Below are positions 56,701 to 64,000 of a stretch of 64,000 bases of DNA, piece by piece. Both the position numbers and the translations under genes were made by a program. The notes beneath the pieces are model-generated. The model saw only the letters and a list, made by a program, of their open reading frames with translations, searched no databases and was not told where the DNA came from. Source of the stretch: Tubiluchus corallicola (Eukaryota; Animalia; Priapulida); assembly GCA_030141605.1 (NCBI GenBank), contig JAQGDQ010000151.1, positions 372,001 through 436,000 of the forward strand, read 5' to 3'. The stretch's first letter is position 1. Every line of letters begins with the position of its first letter.

Positions 56701-58019
56701 CGCTGATTTCTTCCAAATGAAGCTGAACATACATTTTCAATTTCTTGCAACGTTATGTTAGACAAAAACGCTAGTTTCTCGGCTTGTGCGCTCACAAAAT
56801 AACACATTCGAATAAATTCGATTGTTCAAATAGCACGGTCATGTATACAGAAGAAATTTATGACTTAGGTTGAGCATATAAAGTTGGATTAAAAAGACGA
56901 AAGGTTATTTTGTGTACTCAAGCCGGCAATTCTGCGAAGGAGACACATAAGAAGAAACGAGGAACTTGAAGAAAATGGCTAAAGGTGAACGTCTAAAAGT
57001 GTCATAGAGAAAGAAAATAATACATACTTAAGTGAAATTGTGCTTACTTGTTCTGCTACATTGAACTTGTTATCATGTTGCCACGGTAATGCTAATATCG
57101 CGTAAAACTGCACTAATTTTCTGTCAATTCTGCAAGATCAGAAGTAAATGAGATTAAATGTAATTACTGTATATAATAATGCAAAAAATAAAATAGTGAC
57201 AATGAAATTGCAAATCTAGCTGTCGGTGACACTTACGTGCAATAATAATTAAGAAACCATGTGCTAACATATTAACTTTTGAAACAGTTTTAGGTGAGAC
57301 GCATTGCCAACTAGCCTTTATGTATTTAATATTTAATGTATCTGACACCTGCATGTATATTACTGCCTGATTACATTTTGATATTGAGTAATTTCATAAG
57401 CTAACTAGCATACGTCTTACATAAAACCGGGTAAAAAATTAACAATTTACTGTTTGCTTATTTAGCTAAAAATATTAAGTGATTTTCAGGGGGATATGTT
57501 GACGAACGGCGAGCCATTGTTTTTTAAAATAAGGCCCAATTCTCTGCATATGGACTGGGTTTCACGATAGCAGAGCTATATATCTTGGCTCTCTGTCTCT
57601 CCCATATCGCAGTCAGTACAGGCTAAGCAATAAATTTCTGTTAAGTGTAAATATTTACCTAGAGGCCAAACTGACTGTATCGTTAATGACAACAACACAA
57701 ATCATGGCGGCTGTAAACTAAGCCGACTATTTAGCTACTTAAGGACACTGGTTGATTTCTGTCAAAAGCCTTTGTTGTAAGTTGTAACCTACTGCGATTG
57801 TGAGCTATGCTAAATGAGCCAGAATTATGTATAAACGTAGAACACATGAACGTAGATCGAAACTGCACACAAATGCACGTATGTCATATCGCGATAACGA
57901 CTGTTTTGAAGTTCTCATAATAAATGCCTACAAAATTACAGTGAAACTTAAGAGCTTCTAGTGAAATCTTCCAATGAGATGCAGGTGTACATAGTAAATG
58001 TGCAATAGCCATTTAGTGC

Positions 58020-58207
58020 ACAATCTCTCGCTATTTCTTTCTCTTTCCCTTCCTCTTCTCTTTCCCTCTTTGTTTCTTTTCCTCTCTCTCCCCCACTCTT
58101 TTCCCCTGTCCTTTGTCTCTTTCCTTCTCTGTCTTTATCCGTCTCCTCTCTCTCCCTCTTTCCTCTCACCCTTTCTCTCTAGTCGTTTCCTCTCTCTTTT
58201 TCTCTTT

Positions 58208-58250
<43 letters not shown>
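58020..58250. repeat. Pyrimidine-rich tract ending in (CT)n
   Basis: Directly visible. Confidence 0.9.
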
Positions 58251-58251
<1 letters not shown>

Positions 58252-59337
58252 AGAAAGGATGCACACTGTATATTCAGCTTGTTTAAACGCAAGTACATGT
58301 TTTCCTTTCAGGCTTTAATTTAATCCTACAACGAAATATTGGAAAATCTTTCTATGTGTTAGGACGAATAAAACAATATTTGTGTACCATTAAATCTTGT
58401 TTTGATCGAAGATTTATGCAGCAGATTGTTCTGAAGTCGTTTCAGCGTTATTCGTTGTAGAATAAGCACACAGACATATCGCTGGAAAAGATACAGAATT
58501 TGAAAAAAAAGAATCACCCGGTTTCAAATATAGTATCCATGTTTATTTTTAAATCTAACTGAATATGATAAGTCAGCAGATTAGCTTTCTCTTTCTCTGG
58601 CACCTTTTAAGAATAAAACTAAATATCGGAATTAATGGACCCATTTTCAAGGTCGAGGTTCGAGGTTAGTCCTGTCGCGCGTCCTTATCGTCATCGTCAT
58701 TGTCGTCGTCGTCGTCGTTGTTGTTGTGGAGACAGGCAAAAATCAGACCACAGTTCTGCATGCAGTTGTATGTTTTGCTGAACACTCAATAATGATAGTA
58801 AGTTTATTTGTCATCTTTAGAGCCAAAAGGTCGAGTTACAGCACAGCACAAATTTACAAAACGTAACATTTTTTAAAAGAATAAGCAAAGTAGAACACAC
58901 AACACTATTACATCTACTCAACAGGAATAGATCCAAGTTGAAATTTTTTGTGAAAGAAACGCCAACTTACTTGCGGAAAATGAGTAATAATTTGACTCTT
59001 GTTTACGATACTGATTAAGTCTGCTAACCGCGCGTTCAGATTAGAAGCTATGATATTTAAAATCACACTGAAGCAGAACTGATAAATGCCTGTTAAAAAC
59101 TTATAGTAATATATTAAACGTAAGCTGATAAGCTTTAGCCTGTAGTGCTTATTAAGTGTATAATTGTTAAACGTGAAGCCACTGACCCTTACTAGTTGAT
59201 CACTCGCTAAAACTAATTGAACAGATGAGGTTTCTTATTTGAAACAACAGGTAGCTAGCAAGCTTAACAGTTGCAACACCTATAAGGTGAGATTATTTCA
59301 GTAGCGAAATGTAACAATGAAACGTTCAGATTCTCAA

Positions 59338-59431
<94 letters not shown>
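59338..59431. repeat. (GA)n microsatellite
   Basis: Directly visible. Confidence 0.95.
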
Positions 59432-59435
<4 letters not shown>

Positions 59436-59808
59436 GGGTAGGGAGAGACGATTTTGATACATCCTGAAAGAGATACTAGCGATGGAGAGTCAGACGTTCC
59501 TATATCTTAAGTAGTTTATCACAAAATTTTTTGGCGTTATTCTTTTATCTTTATGCCTATATTGATACTCAGAGTGCAGTTTAAGCATACTGCTGTACAA
59601 TTTAATCTGTAGTTTACAGTTTGCAACATTCAAGAGCTAAAAATTGTGAGCCGTTGAATTGATTTCTAACATCGCAGGACGAAATAGTCTTCTGACGCGC
59701 ATTCAATTTGGCTTTTTATTTTAAAAAAGTCAGAGTTCGAAGTGTCTGTCATTCAGAAGAACTACCGACATCATATCTTTGAGTATATTCGCAAAGCTTA
59801 AAAGGTCG

Positions 59809-60168
59809 ATGTCGCAACAAGTTGCGGTGAGACTGAGACAAAAGAAGAGTGCTAACGTTTGCAAAGAAGACCACTCTTTGGATAGTCCGTCACGGGTTTT
59901 ACAAAACTTACAGCTTGTCTGCAATTATGGCTTGCCAAAGAATTGCACACACCGCAAAGTTTGTTTAACATCCGCAAAATCCAGAGAATTTTCTCGAAAA
60001 CTCACCGAGACAGTGGAGCTCTCTTCACCAAACTTTGATTTAAGCGCCTCAATGTACAGAACGGCTTCACAACGTCAATCTGATTGGAAAAACTGTGAAA
60101 AGATCCCGCCTAGGAAAGTATACGTTACTGAAATAATAATTACTGGTGCAATTATTGCTGACTGCTGA
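59809..60168 (+). CDS. Possible coding exon of an unidentified gene (MSQQVAVRLRQKKSA...)
   Basis: Stop-free frame of about 145 codons (59725-60165) with higher GC than its flanks and a basic/Ser-rich composition. Weak candidate donor at 60118. No recognisable domain. Confidence 0.3.
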   Translation: MSQQVAVRLRQKKSANVCKEDHSLDSPSRVLQNLQLVCNYGLPKNCTHRKVCLTSAKSREFSRKLTETVELSSPNFDLSASMYRTASQRQSDWKNCEKIPPRKVYVTEIIITGAIIADC

Positions 60169-63029
60169 TTTAAGATATTGTTTTGTTGAAATACGCTTAC
60201 CAATTAAAAGGAAAAGAAAAGAAAAATGCTTATCTTTAATTTTAAAGGTTACCAACAAACCGATATAATAATGAGCTTACGTCACATTAATCATAGTAAA
60301 CAACTTATATGCTTTGTTGGAAATAATAAGTTTTGTTGATTAATGACATTACGCATTTTGAATACGCGTGTAGGTTGACTTAAAATTATAGTGTATCTAA
60401 ACCCGCAGTTTACCTACAAAGAAATCATTCTCATTCAAGTATACTGCCGAACTAATTTAGCACTTTTATCCGCGAGTACTAGCGTCTTGAGTTCATTCTA
60501 AGTAATCTTTTCATTCCGTTAGGCATCCAGTTTTACACTAATTTTCTTGTCGAGTAACAAACGCAGAGGGTTAGGGTAGCTTAAAACTTAAAGGGCAGAT
60601 ATTTGAGGTAGGGTGGGAGCTTGGAAAGTGGTGTGGTGAACCTTGGTCTAAAGGCCAAGGACAGCGGTCAGTTTTTTCGATTGCCATTATTAAACTGCTC
60701 CTAGCGCTTTGAGTTTAATTCGTTCAATTTTTATAAGTATTTGGGTAATGTGGGGCAGATGTATAGCCGGGCTTTTAAAAAGCCGATAAGATTGGGCGCG
60801 CTTTCAATTCATGTTAATTCGCGAACACAGAGGGATATACACGCAAAACTCAAAAGTGCCTCAAAAACTCAAACCTGGTGTAGAGGCGTTAAAAGTGGTG
60901 TGATGAACAGCGACCTCTGTCCAAAGGTCAAGGACACTGGGCATCAGATGCAAACACAATCACTGCGTTATCTGAATTCTTTCAGTCTTGACAGTGTTTA
61001 CAGGCCTAAATCTTAGAATGCCCATTCGAGAATGAAGTTAAAGGTAACCTTGTACTTAATACTGTTTGCACTATTTAACGCTTTTTATGCTCAGTTTTAT
61101 ATTTGACAGAGAAATGTAGTGCTTTTTAGATAAACCAAAATGAAGATAACATTTTAGTAAGGGGTTAAAAACGCGAAATAGTAAAATAAAACAGCTTGCT
61201 GTGTAGTTCAGAATGTAACATATCTACACCTTCCTTTGTGGTACTTCGCAGCAAAATCAACAATATTTTGTGTCGTGTTTTGTCATAGTGCTGAAATCGC
61301 AGTAAAACCATTATAGCAATGATAACAATAGGGCAAAAATTATCCGTAATTTTCAACAATAAAGACATATTGCACATTAAGAACCTGTCCTTTTATGCAT
61401 CAATAAATCCCATCGTTTGGTCCGTTAGTTACGTCGCAAGCTGAATGTTTTTGGTTTTTTAGACTAGCAATCAGCTTGCACTGAAGCTGGTCGTATCTAA
61501 TATTATCATAATTTTTCAATTATATATGCGTCCCCTAACAGAGCAAAGACAGTATACAGCTTCCATAATGTCATTTCCTGATTATGAGAAGCTATACAGA
61601 AATGACCAAATGAGAAAATAAATCACTGCTTATATTCTAATGCCGTGGATAGTGTCATTTAAATTGGCACTGTAGTCGTTAAAAGATATTGTTTGTAAAG
61701 CCGTCCATATAAATAGCGAAAATTGACTGTTTGCGTGCTGTAACGCTGCAGCTGCATTTCATGAAATTTATCGCCTTCATAACTTCAAATTCTGCCATTT
61801 ATTAACAGATCTAATTGCGTCGTATGTTCCGTGATGCGACTTTTCATCTAATATTATTCACATTTGTGCTGTTTTTGTTGTTTTTGATTTTGTTTTGACG
61901 GGCAGTTCGACCTTCAGCTAATTACAGTGACTTCCAACAATCCCAAGGGTAGAAATCTATCTGGTTTATGTTTTTTGCACTTACAATAGAGTAGAATCAT
62001 TATTGTTACGTAGAGATAAAATGTGAAAGATGTTAAAGTTTATTATTCATGGTGGACAAAAAAGTTGCTTTGGATGACAGTTGTTAAATTTTACAAGGAC
62101 TTTACGTGCAATTTTAGTCTTGAGTTAGTAGAAAGGCTTATATTACGTATTTTGAGACAGAAAAAGAATATTGCGTGATTGTGTCTTGTTTTTTTGATAT
62201 GTCTAATATGTATTTGACTTATCATTTGTTAAATTATACTTATGGACTTTTTTCATCTATCACAAAAGTCTGCAATTGATGTACAAGACCATTGTAAGGT
62301 TTGTGACGTTTAGCTGCGATACTGACGTAATCGTTGCGCATATTAGTAATACTTCAGTAGATATGAAACAAAAACTACCAATCATTGCTCGCACGTGAGA
62401 GCTTATAAATATTTTCGTCTGTATGCACCTAGGTTATAACCTGACGATTGTGCACTAACTACTGATTTATGCGTTTGCTGTGTGATTTACTAGTTTGTCA
62501 TGTACGTCGCTGGCATTTACGTGGTTTATTAATCACTGTTCGTGGCAAAAAGCCAATAACATTTGCCTAGTTATCACAGTATTTGGATCTTTATTCAGCG
62601 ACGCAGTGTCCCAGTGCGACCATTATTTCTAGGTGCATTGCACACTGGGAAATGTTATGGATGTCCAGTGACGTCACAGCGACACGAATGGCGGCATTAA
62701 ATAATACTGATTAAAAGTGTTAATACGTGGTGGATTTCTCAGGACAGTTATTTAGACGATACTGATGACAATAACGGCAACAGCAATAGCGTCAAAGACG
62801 ATGATGGTTTGATAAAATTAACAAATTAAAGCTGACAAAATCTGGACGTCACGTACACGAAAACACACAAAATTTATCCCAATAACAAGAACACAAGTAA
62901 CGATAGTGACTAAAACTAATAAAAGGAGCCAGCCGTACTAACAGTGTGGTGCTCAGTGAACTCTTTGGATGTGTACGGCAGATGGTAGCGCCATCCAATG
63001 ACAAATAATGTGAAACAGTGTTACTTTGG

Positions 63030-63620
63030 AAAGCTTTAATAGCTTGAGAATGCTATCAAAAGCTGAAATTTATTTCAGAAATAACGAGAAAATGTTTTTA
63101 TTCTGTTTGAAATATGCGCTTTTCGAGTTTTTAGCAATAATAATATCAGTTAATATATCGCCCAAGATCTTTCACATGGTCAATTTGTCAAATGGCATGA
63201 TAATCCAAATGTGAAAAAGTTTGCACGCTAAATTCATTTCATCTGCAAAGAGAAATCAACAGTCAAACTATTGTAATCCAACGGTATTATCCCTAACAAA
63301 ACCATTTAAGTACCAACGGCAAGATTTTCAAATCTAATAACTTACGTGTAAACCGCAAAAGTGCTGATATTAGGAAGGAAATATCACCTTTGCCGTGTAT
63401 TCAGTTTGTCTAGTGGCTTGCCAAGCTTTCAGAATTGGAACAAAAACTTTAGAAGCAATACGCAAAATTGTGGGAAGGACAAATTCGATAATGCAATTTG
63501 CAGATACGGTTGTCATAAAAATGAGAGAAAAACTATTTTATTCATCGTTTGATCAAATATTAATGCTTGCAAGTTTGGCTACTCTCTTCTCATGCGATCT
63601 GAATGGTTGCATTTGAGTCA
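63030..63620 (-). pseudogene. Heavily decayed CR1/L2-like RT relic
   Basis: Motifs in the expected order on the - strand: QTMNKIVF, KPLDK, RKLLDLKILPLVLKWF, LFADEMNL (cf. LFADD) and IDHVKDLG. Confidence 0.55.
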
Positions 63621-64000
63621 AGTTTGAAAATTTTACGTATCTGCGTTAGAATTGCACTTGTTCCTACTACAAGTCCGCAAATCGTGTAAAATAATTTTAT
63701 TTGGCCAACCACTCATCCAGGAGGGTTTGCAAATATATGGATCATTTGCAAAGTCTACATTTATTAAAAATTTGCATGTCGCAAATTAGTGGATAATCGT
63801 TAGTCATATGTTTTGTAGGAATAATCATTACTTACTAAATAGAGGGTTTACTCTAGTGTTACTTTATTCACCTATATAATCGCAAAAATAATGACTACAG
63901 TTTGGGTTACTCGCTTTCGAACAACTCTATAACGCGGTTCAGTTCGCCGTGTTGTTCCCGTTGTTCCTGTAATACAAAACTTTGCCATTTTTCTCCTTGT

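Overview
AT-rich animal (invertebrate, possibly lophotrochozoan) genomic DNA with GT-AG introns. There are no prokaryotic operons and no CRISPR array. The first 38 kb holds five recognisable genes: (1) the 3' end of an Asx/ASXL gene (C-terminal PHD finger, +); (2) a 26/29-kDa-proteinase/CfaD-type papain-family cysteine protease with at least 8 coding exons (-); (3) an LNX1/2-like RING + 4xPDZ E3 ligase whose CDS is a single exon (+); (4) a 3-exon, 641-aa FAM110-family gene (+); (5) a 5-exon, 404-aa orphan type I membrane protein (signal peptide, CUB, acidic stalk, TM, Tyr-rich tail; -) that the ORF track only shows in fragments. Introns and the gene-poor 38-64 kb region contain LINE relics, a solo LTR nested in a LINE, DNA-transposon relics, SINE-like pieces and microsatellites. 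The most unusual items are an 819-bp foldback element whose 235-bp arms carry inward-pointing degenerate TTAGGG tracts, and the CUB receptor-like gene. I found no clear-cut new multi-gene system. All calls come from reading the sequence by eye; no database searches were run.
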